Of a DNA stretch of 35,473 nt, positions 1 to 8,718 are shown piece after piece (position 1 is the first letter of the stretch; every line of letters begins with the position of its first letter). Location: contig CAZJKB010000001.1 of the NCBI GenBank assembly GCA_964546485.1, positions 5,140-40,612 on the forward strand. Direction: 5' to 3'. The position numbers and the translations under genes are program-made. Below the pieces are notes generated by a model. It had not been told where the DNA came from. It did no database searches and worked only from the letters and a program-made list of their open reading frames with translations. The stretch is from an uncultured Candidatus Saccharibacteria bacterium (GTDB lineage: Bacteria; Patescibacteriota; Dojkabacteria; SC72).

Positions 1-1946
1 GGTACTTGAGATGTATATCCTCCATTCGTCATTCTACTATCACAAAATGTAAGCCATAGTTTCTCTTTTGCTCTAGTAATTCCTACATAACAAAGTCTTC
101 TTTCCTCTTCTAATTCCTTATCATCATTAAGTGATCTTGAGTGTGGAAATATTCCTTCTTCAACACCAATAATAAATACATAAGGAAATTCTAAACCTTT
201 AGCTGAATGCATAGTCATTAGTGTAACTGCATTTTTACTATCATCTTTAGTATTATCTTGTTCTTGTTCAATTAATGTTAAATCTTGTAAAAAGAGTGCA
301 ACAGATTTCTCCTCACTTCTTTCTAAATAACTCCTAGCAACATTCTTTAATTCATTTACATTATCAATCCTTGACTGAGCTTGTTCTGTACCATCATCTA
401 ACCATCTAATATAGTTTGTTCTTGCAAGTATATTTTCAATCACTTCTAGTATATTTGATTCTTTAGCATCAAGATATATTTGACCAAAAAGATCTATGAT
501 TGGAATAAATTTAGATAATACTGATTTATTGGATTCTACCTGTTCATATATATTTTGATTAAACAGAGTATTGTACCTATCTCTTAATCCATTATTCGTA
601 ATATATGTACAGACAAGTAGTTCACCAAGTGAGATATCTATTGATCTAGCAACTTCAAATAATGTTGCAATTCCCTTTGGTCCAACCTTTCTATTGGGGA
701 TATTAATAATTCTAGAAAGTGATAAATCATCTTTAATATTATGTGTAAATCTAAGGTATGAGATGATATCTTTAATCTCTTTTCTTTCATAGAATCTAAA
801 TCCACCAACAAGTTTATACCCAATACCCCTTCTAATTAATGCTTCTTCTATTGATCTTGATTGATAGTTTGTTCTATATAATACGGCAACATCTGAATAT
901 TTTTTTCCACTTCTAACTAATGATTGAATTTCATCTACAATAAATCTTGACTCATCCTCTGGATCTTGTGCTTGATATATTGTGATATTATCTCCATCAT
1001 CTTTATCTGTCCATAATTTCTTTTCTGCTCTTGTTCCATTCCTTGAGATAACTGATACTGCAGCATTAATAATATTAGCTTTAGATCTGTAGTTTTGTTC
1101 TAATTTAACAATCTTAACTTCAGGAAAGTCTTTTTCAAATGATAGTATATTATTTATATCTGCACCCCTCCATCCATAAATACCTTGATCATCATCTCCA
1201 ACAACACATATATTTCTATGTCCATCAGCAAGGGCTTTAATAATCATATATTGTGCTTTATTTGTATCTTGATATTCATCGATAAGAATATAGTCATACA
1301 TAGCTTTATATTTTTCCAATACCTCTTTATTCTCATTAAATAGTTTAGCAACAAGGAATAATAAATCACCAAAATCAACGGCATTCTGTGCTTTCAATTG
1401 TTTCTGATATTGCGCATATATATCCGCCGCTATATCTTCTACATAACCTGAATACTTATATGGAAAATCCTCTGGATCAACAACATCATTTTTAGCAGCA
1501 CTAATTAGCCATGAAATATTCTGTGGTTTAATTTGCTTTATATCTATGTTCATAGAAAGCATTATCTCTTTAATTAGATTATCAGCATCATCAGAATCAA
1601 AGATAGAAAAATTATTGCTTAATCCAAGATGCTTTGCTTCTCTTCTCAAAATCATGGCTCCTATGGAGTGAAAAGTCCCTATTAAGGGTTTTTCCTCACC
1701 CCTATATCCTGAATTTGATATTGCTACTTGTACCCTCTCTAACATTTCTTCTGATGCTTTTTTTGTAAAGGTTACTGCAAGTATCCTTGATGGACTAACA
1801 TTATATCTACTTATTAAATATGCAATTCTTGTAGTTATAACCTTAGTTTTACCACTCCCTGCTCCTGCAAATATTAACAATGGTCCTAAATTATGCTCAA
1901 CAGCACTTCTTTGAGGAATATTTAAATTTTCAAGAATACTATCCAT
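1..1946 (-). CDS. pcrA: UvrD/PcrA-family superfamily-1 DNA helicase, C-terminus cut by the window edge
   Basis: Absent from the ORF track because it runs off the left edge. The reverse-strand ATG at 1944-1946 translates to MDSILENLNIPQRSAVEHNLGPLLIFAGAGSGKTKVITTRIAYLI...TFTKKASEEM...GTFHSIGAMILR (Walker A GAGSGKT). The same frame at about 60-116 gives ELEEERRLCYVGITRAKEKLWLTF (helicase motif VI). 1946-116 is a multiple of 3, and the track lists no ORF ending at 1946, so the frame stays open to position 1. Confidence 0.9.
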   Translation of the reverse strand, partial: MDSILENLNIPQRSAVEHNLGPLLIFAGAGSGKTKVITTRIAYLISRYNVSPSRILAVTFTKKASEEMLERVQVAISNSGYRGEEKPLIGTFHSIGAMILRREAKHLGLSNNFSIFDSDDADNLIKEIMLSMNIDIKQIKPQNISWLISAAKNDVVDPEDFPYKYSGYVEDIAADIYAQYQKQLKAQNAVDFGDLLFLVAKLFNENKEVLEKYKAMYDYILIDEYQDTNKAQYMIIKALADGHRNICVVGDDDQGIYGWRGADINNILSFEKDFPEVKIVKLEQNYRSKANIINAAVSVISRNGTRAEKKLWTDKDDGDNITIYQAQDPEDESRFIVDEIQSLVRSGKKYSDVAVLYRTNYQSRSIEEALIRRGIGYKLVGGFRFYERKEIKDIISYLRFTHNIKDDLSLSRIINIPNRKVGPKGIATLFEVARSIDISLGELLVCTYITNNGLRDRYNTLFNQNIYEQVESNKSVLSKFIPIIDLFGQIYLDAKESNILEVIENILARTNYIRWLDDGTEQAQSRIDNVNELKNVARSYLERSEEKSVALFLQDLTLIEQEQDNTKDDSKNAVTLMTMHSAKGLEFPYVFIIGVEEGIFPHSRSLNDDKELEEERRLCYVGITRAKEKLWLTFCDSRMTNGGYTSQV

Positions 1947-1972
1947 AAAACACAAAATAATATTAGGAGTAC

Positions 1973-3151
1973 TTATAATTCGATAACATACGGGCCATAT
2001 ATCCACCCATCTTTATTATCTGAATATTGTATCTTATACCAACCATTAGATTTTTCTTTCATTATTAATATTTGATTATGGTTAACCCTACCAATAGGGT
2101 TACAACCAGGTCCAGGGCATTCTCTTACATTCAAAAACCCTCCAGGGATATTAACTTTAATTAACTTTGTATTACCCTTATCTATTGTGAAGTCTATTTG
2201 AAATTCTGTATTATCTAACACATTATTAGGCAATCTTTTAACAACAAATTTTTCAGAATACTTTCCAGGTAATTGCATTGCAGATAATTGAAATACTAAT
2301 GTTACCTGTTCCCCAGGTAATACTGTCTTATTTGATATTGCTGTCGGCTTACTAAAACTTTCCCATTCACCATTTACTGCAAATTTAGAATCCCTATCTT
2401 TTAATGTTGAGACATAGATATAATCCCTATTTGTAAACCATGGGAATTTATCTACATTTTTAATAATTAATTCTACCTGTATCTTTTCACCTATCTTTGC
2501 AGACTTAGGATAGTTTATAGATATTATTTCTCCTTTTAGTTTTTGATTTGGCTTTTCATATAATTTAAGACCATTAACTAGATTATTTATGGAATCACTA
2601 AATGGATTATTAAGTTTTGTTAATCTACTTTTTGTTGTATTTCCTTCTTTTTTAACAGCCTTCAGTGACATTACAGATATTGATTTTTTTGAAACTCCAT
2701 AATCATATGAGATTGAAGATATCAAAGATTTTAATGCATCTGAGCCTAAATTAGATAATTCAGTATTCTTTGAGATGTATGCTATTAATACTCCACCCTT
2801 ATCCTCCTCAATTTCAGCGATAGCTCCAAGACCACCATATTTACCTTCTATTACATTTCCTGATTCATCTACTATATAGTTAAAAGGTATATCTGCATAT
2901 CCTAATCTAGTTATACTGTAATAGTAGATTTCATTATATAGAGATTTAATATCATCATTGAATACTGTAGCTGGTAGTTTTATAGGGACTATGTATATAT
3001 TTGTTGGTTGAGAGTATTTAATATTAGTCTTATCAGCTAATGCCTCATCAATTACCAATTCCTCCCTAGTCTTCATTGCAAACACAGGGGTTAGAAAAAG
3101 AGATAATAATATGATTGTGATTAATATTGATTTAATATTGGGCAATTTCAT
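1973..3151 (-). CDS. Secreted wall-binding protein: degenerate amidase_2/PGRP-like region, Ig-like middle domain, C-terminal SH3b
   Basis: 392-aa ORF starting at ATG. The N-terminal signal/anchor is MKLPNIKSILITIILLSLFLTPVFA. ITRLGYADIPFNYIVDESGNVIEGKYGG resembles the GW.DIGY.F.ID..G.I.EGR core of N-acetylmuramoyl-L-alanine amidase (amidase_2), but the expected flanking His residues are not evident. The C-terminal FLNVRECPGPGCNPIGRV...NGWYKIQYSDNKDGWIYGPYV fits the bacterial SH3 (SH3_3) pattern. Confidence 0.7.
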   Translation of the reverse strand: MKLPNIKSILITIILLSLFLTPVFAMKTREELVIDEALADKTNIKYSQPTNIYIVPIKLPATVFNDDIKSLYNEIYYYSITRLGYADIPFNYIVDESGNVIEGKYGGLGAIAEIEEDKGGVLIAYISKNTELSNLGSDALKSLISSISYDYGVSKKSISVMSLKAVKKEGNTTKSRLTKLNNPFSDSINNLVNGLKLYEKPNQKLKGEIISINYPKSAKIGEKIQVELIIKNVDKFPWFTNRDYIYVSTLKDRDSKFAVNGEWESFSKPTAISNKTVLPGEQVTLVFQLSAMQLPGKYSEKFVVKRLPNNVLDNTEFQIDFTIDKGNTKLIKVNIPGGFLNVRECPGPGCNPIGRVNHNQILIMKEKSNGWYKIQYSDNKDGWIYGPYVIEL

Positions 3152-3189
3152 AACTATATATTATATTTTTAAAGGAATATTATCAAGAA

Positions 3190-4221
3190 CTATTTTGATG
3201 GATAGTATACTCTTGATGGATCTATTGCATTTGTAAGGATAATCAATGGTAATTTTAGATCTTCTTTATTGAGTGTAGCTGTTCCTTCTGCTTCTATTCT
3301 ATATGTAGGTACTAATTGATTATAACTATTATCCTGATATATATATCCTAATTTTATCTTATTTCCTATTGAATTCTTATCAATATCTATACTATCAGCC
3401 AATTCGACCAATCCAATTCCTTCCTTAAGCTGTTTCGTGCTTGTTGATGTCGATTTTGGAGGATAGAAACCATAGTAAAGGGTTTTTGGATATTGTGTAT
3501 ATTTTATTGCTGCTTGAAGATAATCAAGAGTAACAATTTCAACATCTTGTGATCGTTTTGTATCTATCTGTGCAAGTAGGAGTGTACCTTCATAAAGCTT
3601 ACCAGATGAATCAACAGATACAGTATCGGAATACGATTGAAAACTATTGAAGAATAATGGATATCCATCTATACTTCTATTTGATTCAATTCTATTTAAA
3701 TACCCTGATTTAGTTATATTCTCATTTATATACTCATACTTATAACCTAAGTAATCATTAAATAATACACTTAGATATCCTTTCCCTGTGATACCATCAG
3801 TTGAAACCATTCTAGTGTTAGCTGGTTTTGTAAACTTAAAGAAAAGTGATTGATTATTTTTAATATACTCGACATAATCACCCTCTCCACTCCAAATATA
3901 GAGATTACCATCTATAGATGTTTTAGATAGATTTCCCTTACCTATTGTTATTAAGAATGAATCTATATTAGAACTCAGATTTATATCCTCAAGAGAGTAT
4001 ATTTTCATCTGCTTTGGGATATCTATAGACTTCTTTAACTCATCACTCATACTTACAACATGTGTTGTTTCTATTGAATATGGAGTATCTATTAAATATT
4101 CTCTAGGAGTTTCTTTTTTTGTTGCTTTAATAACTATATATATAATTATTGAGAAAATGAGAATAATTATACCTATTACTATTAACTGTATTCTTCTATT
4201 GTTTAAATCTATTTTTAACAT
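3190..4221 (-). CDS. N-terminally membrane-anchored extracytoplasmic protein, unknown function
   Basis: The track ORF 3190-4236 begins at a GTG. The first ATG (4219-4221, MLKIDLNNRRIQLIVIGIIILIFSIIIYIVI...) is the more likely start. It overlaps the upstream stop by 7 nt (CCATGTTAA), which suggests translational coupling. It has one TM helix followed by a beta-rich domain of about 300 aa with no cysteines. I recognise no family by eye. Confidence 0.7.
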   Translation of the reverse strand: MLKIDLNNRRIQLIVIGIIILIFSIIIYIVIKATKKETPREYLIDTPYSIETTHVVSMSDELKKSIDIPKQMKIYSLEDINLSSNIDSFLITIGKGNLSKTSIDGNLYIWSGEGDYVEYIKNNQSLFFKFTKPANTRMVSTDGITGKGYLSVLFNDYLGYKYEYINENITKSGYLNRIESNRSIDGYPLFFNSFQSYSDTVSVDSSGKLYEGTLLLAQIDTKRSQDVEIVTLDYLQAAIKYTQYPKTLYYGFYPPKSTSTSTKQLKEGIGLVELADSIDIDKNSIGNKIKLGYIYQDNSYNQLVPTYRIEAEGTATLNKEDLKLPLIILTNAIDPSRVYYPSK

Positions 4222-7187
4222 GGCGACATAGCACACTTTAATTTATCTCTATACCAAGATACAGAGTCTTGATATGTACCTTTAGATTTAACATGTAAAT
4301 GGAAGTGAGGACCAGTCCAACAAGTCACTGAATAATCACCACTTGGATCTAATCCATCTTGAGCAAGAGCAACTGCTCTTCCTTTTTGGACAGGACCTAC
4401 TGGTGCAAGAGCTTTGACATGTAAAAGAACATAAACATTTCCATCGGAGTCTTGAAATTCAAGATGACCACCATAATCTAAACCAGTTCCAGGACAATTA
4501 TTAACAGCTACATATTTTGTAATTTTTCCATTTGTAGGAGCATACCACACAGCCTTCCCTGCTGGCACAACTCTAGTTCCAATATCTATAGCTTTTGTTG
4601 ATTGGTGATATGATGAAGTACCTGCTCCATTTCCCTGTGTACATATAATTGGAGAGAATCCTAAAGGACAATCAGAATCAATAGGAGGGTAATCTCCACC
4701 CCCTGGGTTATCTGGTGGAGTAGGGAATAATCCTGCATCAGGATTATAATCTACACATTGTTTGGCACTACCAGGTGTTACATGTGCAAATGTATTATTA
4801 ACTTTTGTTGTGGGATTAAACAGCCCAACAAATCCAAATAAAAATACCAACAAAATAGCAACAAATCCCATCGCAGCAAGAAAGAAGATTTCTATCATAA
4901 ATTTACCTACTTTCATACCTAATTCTACTAGTACTGCAGATGCTATTGCTGTTAATGCACCACCTATAGGGCCACCAACACTCATACCTATTGCAGTTAA
5001 TAATTTACTAACACCAGCTTGTACTAATTGTCTAAAACCAATGCTCTTTGCTAAAAATTGTTCTACTGCTACACTATCACCGATTATCCTATTTAATAAT
5101 GTTGTCGCCCATTTTTTAATAATGGCATTATTCATAGGATTTATTTTATCTGAGATGACCCCAAAGAATCTCTCTGGAGTACTAAAAAGCTTAGTAGCAC
5201 CTGCCAATACCTTTTCAAATCTACCCAACATTGCTGCTTGGCTTGCAAATGCTCCCTTGGATTTAGCTATTTTAGATAATAGTTCTTCTAATTTCTCTGG
5301 GTTTGACAGTACCATTTTACTAAGGTCACCTGCTTTTAATTCGCCTTTATCATCAAAGAACTCCTTGATTAAAGCATATGTACCATCTTTCTTCATCTTA
5401 TCTATCATCCCACCATCTTTGAATCGACTTAAAAATTCAAGCCTATTTCTATATTGTAAGAAAGCAAATAATTCACCATTTGTTAAGCTTCCAAAAATTG
5501 TTCCTGGGTTTAAGTAATACAGATATGCAAAATTCCCATACCATGATTTAATCTCAGGATTTGGAGCTATGAATCCTTTTTTATTAAATTCTTTATATTT
5601 ATTTCCTTTTTCATCAGTCTTCCAAGTAAACATACTTTTGTTAAATGCAAGTTCACCATTGACTGATGGGTCAAACATATCACCTGTACCATAAAATCCT
5701 CTACCTCCTAAAAGAAGATTAGAAGCAAGCCCCCCTTTAATAATATTTGCATTTATTGAATCCCAAGAACCTTTCAGTGCTTCAAATCTATGTGCCCATC
5801 CTATCCTACCCATACCATTGATCTGTTGTTTCTGTAATTTGAGCAACCTTAATTTATCATCTATTTCAGATACCTTTGATGATTCACCACCAGTTCTTTG
5901 TAGGATAGAAAGTTCTGCATTGTATCTTTTTTCCAGCAGTTCTATCTCATCAAGCATAGATCTAATATATAATTTATTAGATCTTGTATCTCGACCATAA
6001 CTATTAAAAACCCTATTACCAAATCTCTTAGCATTTTTCTCAGAGTCAATAGCATTTTTTTCTAATTTCTTTAGCTGGGTTTGCATGTCATTAATTAAAG
6101 ATTTCTCTACAGGAGTTAAACTGCCTGTACCACCAATATCATTGATAATTTTTTGTACAGTTCCTATTTCTTTTTTTGCATTTTCAAATATACCTTTATT
6201 TTGAGCAGCTAACTCAATTTTTGTCATACCTGCATCCTGTGTTTTCTGAAGAACTGACATTAAACTTGCTGCCTTTAATAGTTCCTCTCTTCTCTTTCTT
6301 AATTCTGATACCTCTTGGGGAGTTGCACCAGTATTGGGATCAATTAATCTAGCTCTCTTTAATAAATTTTCAAGAGATATCTCCCTATATTTATTTGCTT
6401 GTAAATTAGCATCCTTATAGACAGCCCCATCTCCTCCTGCAGAACTTTTTATTTTAGTAACTTCATTCGTATGATCTTTAGCCACTTCAGCTGCCAAACT
6501 TCTTGCATCAGCATCTGAGAACCCTTTAGAGAAAATTTTATACAGATTTCCTTCACTAAAATCACCTGTTTTTGCATTATCTAAAAGTTCTAATGCTTTT
6601 GAGGCAATTTGTGGTTTTGCAATCAACTTATTAATAGCTATATTTTGAGCAATCTTTTTAAATGCCTCATTTTGCATATCCAGTGTTACCTGTCCTCCAG
6701 CTGCATATGCTAAATTCATAGCATTTTTCCCAGTTACACCATTCTTACTTGCCCATGCTAATGCCATTGCACCATCAATACCTTTTCCTAATGCAACAAA
6801 ATAGTTCCATTTTCTTGTCGCTTTCTCTGCATCAAACACACCATCAATGTATTTCTTAGGATTACTAAATAGTTTACCTAAGTCACTTGTTCTAACTCTA
6901 AGCCTTCCCGATGTATCAGGGTCTTTTTTATTTGGTTTACCAACATAACTTTCAAAAATTTTCTGATCTAATGCATTGTTTATTGCTCCTAATGCATTCT
7001 CACTTAAGTAAATACCTGGTTTACTCATTAATTCTGCCATTTGCTTGGCAATGATATTACTATTAGAGATATTATTATATTTTGGTGGTTTAATCTTTGG
7101 CTTTTTCTTCTTTGCTTCTTTATATAGGAAATCAAAGACCGAAGCCAATGGATCACCACTATTTTTTGATTTACCTTTTTTAGCCAT
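4215..7187 (-). CDS. Large coiled-coil membrane protein with C-terminal M23 (LytM-type) metallopeptidase domain
   Basis: 990-aa ORF starting at ATG. About 728 aa are Cys-free, Lys/Glu/Ala-rich and predicted helical, with no signal peptide. A hydrophobic block at aa 729-790 (nt 4818-5003) reads GGPIGGALTAIASAVLVELG / FMIEIFFLAAMGFVAILLVFLFGFVGLF. The C-terminal 200 aa (nt 4218-4817) carry 7 Cys and the M23 signature YHQSTKAIDIG ... GGHLEFQD ... GPHFHLHV (H..xD and HxH motifs). Confidence 0.8.
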   Translation of the reverse strand: MAKKGKSKNSGDPLASVFDFLYKEAKKKKPKIKPPKYNNISNSNIIAKQMAELMSKPGIYLSENALGAINNALDQKIFESYVGKPNKKDPDTSGRLRVRTSDLGKLFSNPKKYIDGVFDAEKATRKWNYFVALGKGIDGAMALAWASKNGVTGKNAMNLAYAAGGQVTLDMQNEAFKKIAQNIAINKLIAKPQIASKALELLDNAKTGDFSEGNLYKIFSKGFSDADARSLAAEVAKDHTNEVTKIKSSAGGDGAVYKDANLQANKYREISLENLLKRARLIDPNTGATPQEVSELRKRREELLKAASLMSVLQKTQDAGMTKIELAAQNKGIFENAKKEIGTVQKIINDIGGTGSLTPVEKSLINDMQTQLKKLEKNAIDSEKNAKRFGNRVFNSYGRDTRSNKLYIRSMLDEIELLEKRYNAELSILQRTGGESSKVSEIDDKLRLLKLQKQQINGMGRIGWAHRFEALKGSWDSINANIIKGGLASNLLLGGRGFYGTGDMFDPSVNGELAFNKSMFTWKTDEKGNKYKEFNKKGFIAPNPEIKSWYGNFAYLYYLNPGTIFGSLTNGELFAFLQYRNRLEFLSRFKDGGMIDKMKKDGTYALIKEFFDDKGELKAGDLSKMVLSNPEKLEELLSKIAKSKGAFASQAAMLGRFEKVLAGATKLFSTPERFFGVISDKINPMNNAIIKKWATTLLNRIIGDSVAVEQFLAKSIGFRQLVQAGVSKLLTAIGMSVGGPIGGALTAIASAVLVELGMKVGKFMIEIFFLAAMGFVAILLVFLFGFVGLFNPTTKVNNTFAHVTPGSAKQCVDYNPDAGLFPTPPDNPGGGDYPPIDSDCPLGFSPIICTQGNGAGTSSYHQSTKAIDIGTRVVPAGKAVWYAPTNGKITKYVAVNNCPGTGLDYGGHLEFQDSDGNVYVLLHVKALAPVGPVQKGRAVALAQDGLDPSGDYSVTCWTGPHFHLHVKSKGTYQDSVSWYRDKLKCAMSPC

Positions 7188-7198
7188 TATTAGTTATA

Positions 7199-8680
7199 TT
7201 ATCCAGCTATAAATGAACCGATAATAGGGATCTTTGCAGCAGCTTTTCTAGCCCCATCAATCGCTGTAGCGGCTCCTTTTCCACCTTCAACTTGTATGAA
7301 ATCAGCAAGGAAATTAGGAACTTCAGCAGCTAAAAAGAACATACCAATTGCAAGGAAAGCCTTTAATAAACCTCCAATTGCACCATTATCTGTTCCTCCT
7401 GCGGACCAATCACCTTGAGCTAATCCATGAGGAAAAGATATATTTATCTGATCCTGAAGTATAAATGAAGCAAGGTTTAAGAAGAGGAATACACCTGGAA
7501 ATACTAATGCATTTTTCAATACTCTCTTAAACAAATTTGATGTTAAGTTTTCTTGTCCAGGAATACTTCCAAATGCAATAACTAATGGAGCTAATATCAC
7601 ATCAATGATTATTGATAGATATGCTGTTAGCAATGTTATGTATACCCTAAATGAAGCATATGCAATTATTGCAACAAATATTAATACCAAAATTAAAAGT
7701 CCTATAATGAGACCAACACCAGCTGCTCCTGCTGTCGCAAGTGTAAAGAAACCTGCAGCAGAACCAACAATACCCATTCCTAAACCTGCAGCTGCACTTC
7801 CTCCTGCTAACCAACTACCTGTACCTGAGTCAAATAAACCTTCCATAACTGAACCTCCAAACCATAACTCTTTAACTAAGCTAATTGGATTATCAACAAA
7901 TACAGGATCAGTAACACCTAAAACCCCACCTATCACATTTGTTCCTATCATAGAAATATTCAAGATAAGACCTATAATTGCAAAACTGAATGGTACCAAT
8001 ATTAAACCGATAATAACATTAGGTAATGCATTAAATACTGTTACTGCAACTTGTCCACCAATCTTTTGTCTAAGCATGATCATAAACCCTGCAGCTATGA
8101 GTACAACAACAAATAATACATATGCAATTAAAGATGTTCTCTCCCATAAAGCATCAATACCGATTTCGGATAAAAAACTATAACCATCGGTAGCAGCATA
8201 AACTCCTGAATTTGCTTCCTCGTAGCCTGGTACCCAGTCGTTTGCCAATGCAACTGGTACATTTATTGTTGGAGTACTTTTTAACAATGCAACATTCTGC
8301 CCTTCAAAGAAATCCATAATTCCTTGTTTATTATAAGACTCAATTGTTGGATCATTTGCAACATCATCTATATTTGAGAAAACTGCTGGTGCAATAGTTG
8401 TAAGAAATGAATTAATCAAGCCAACAAAAGTATTCAAAACACCTAAATCAGAATTCGGACCTGTATCACCTGTTAAATGACCAGATACAGTACTCTGAAC
8501 CTGATAAGTTTTTTGCATATCAATAAATCCAGAAGCATTTACAGTATAAACATTCAAGATATTGAAAAGAAAAAATACTGTAGCAATAAAAGCTAGAAAG
8601 TTTTTAGCTGAGTTACTTTTAATAAAAGTAATCCCTTTTTGAATATATTTAAATATACCTATAATCAGTTCTGAGTTCAT
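7199..8680 (-). CDS. Polytopic Gly/Ala-rich integral membrane protein; its topology resembles VirB6/TrbL, but this is unverified
   Basis: 493-aa ORF starting at ATG. An N-terminal TM (FLAFIATVFFLFNILNVYTV) is followed by a soluble loop of about 130 aa, then at least 6 hydrophobic helices (LIAYVLFVVVLIAAGFMIM, VIIGLILVPFSFAIIGLILNI, GLIIGLLILVLIFVAIIAYA, IIIDVILAPLVIAFG, ALVFPGVFLFLNLASFIL, LLKAFLAIGMFFLAA). There is a glycine-rich stretch, GSWLAGGSAAAGLGMGIVGSAAGF. It lies 11 nt from the downstream gene. Confidence 0.7.
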   Translation of the reverse strand: MNSELIIGIFKYIQKGITFIKSNSAKNFLAFIATVFFLFNILNVYTVNASGFIDMQKTYQVQSTVSGHLTGDTGPNSDLGVLNTFVGLINSFLTTIAPAVFSNIDDVANDPTIESYNKQGIMDFFEGQNVALLKSTPTINVPVALANDWVPGYEEANSGVYAATDGYSFLSEIGIDALWERTSLIAYVLFVVVLIAAGFMIMLRQKIGGQVAVTVFNALPNVIIGLILVPFSFAIIGLILNISMIGTNVIGGVLGVTDPVFVDNPISLVKELWFGGSVMEGLFDSGTGSWLAGGSAAAGLGMGIVGSAAGFFTLATAGAAGVGLIIGLLILVLIFVAIIAYASFRVYITLLTAYLSIIIDVILAPLVIAFGSIPGQENLTSNLFKRVLKNALVFPGVFLFLNLASFILQDQINISFPHGLAQGDWSAGGTDNGAIGGLLKAFLAIGMFFLAAEVPNFLADFIQVEGGKGAATAIDGARKAAAKIPIIGSFIAG

Positions 8681-8718
8681 AATATCTATAATTAAATTAA
8701 CTTAAATAGTATACCAAA

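Noticed and set aside
571-823. Two small ORFs (571-792 + and 638-823 -), the only track entries in the first 1.9 kb.
   Set aside because: Both are out of frame with, and embedded in, the edge-truncated UvrD/PcrA gene. That frame is continuous from 1946 to 1 and carries helicase motifs at both ends.
4222-4236. The GTG start at 4236 for the 348-aa ORF, as given in the track.
   Set aside because: An ATG five codons downstream (4221) sits immediately before the TM helix and gives a 7-nt overlap with the upstream stop. The GTG extension adds only MCYVA and a 22-nt overlap.
4762-5517. A 251-aa ORF on the + strand, together with the similar + strand ORFs at 5818-6000, 7605-8183, 10576-10827, 12788-13084, 13139-13354, 14796-15026, 15118-15342 and 15671-15886.
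   Set aside because: All lie entirely antisense to long minus-strand genes with strong domain support. Their translations are low-complexity (Pro/Ser/Asn/Ile-rich) with no motifs. They are typical shadow ORFs in AT-rich coding DNA.
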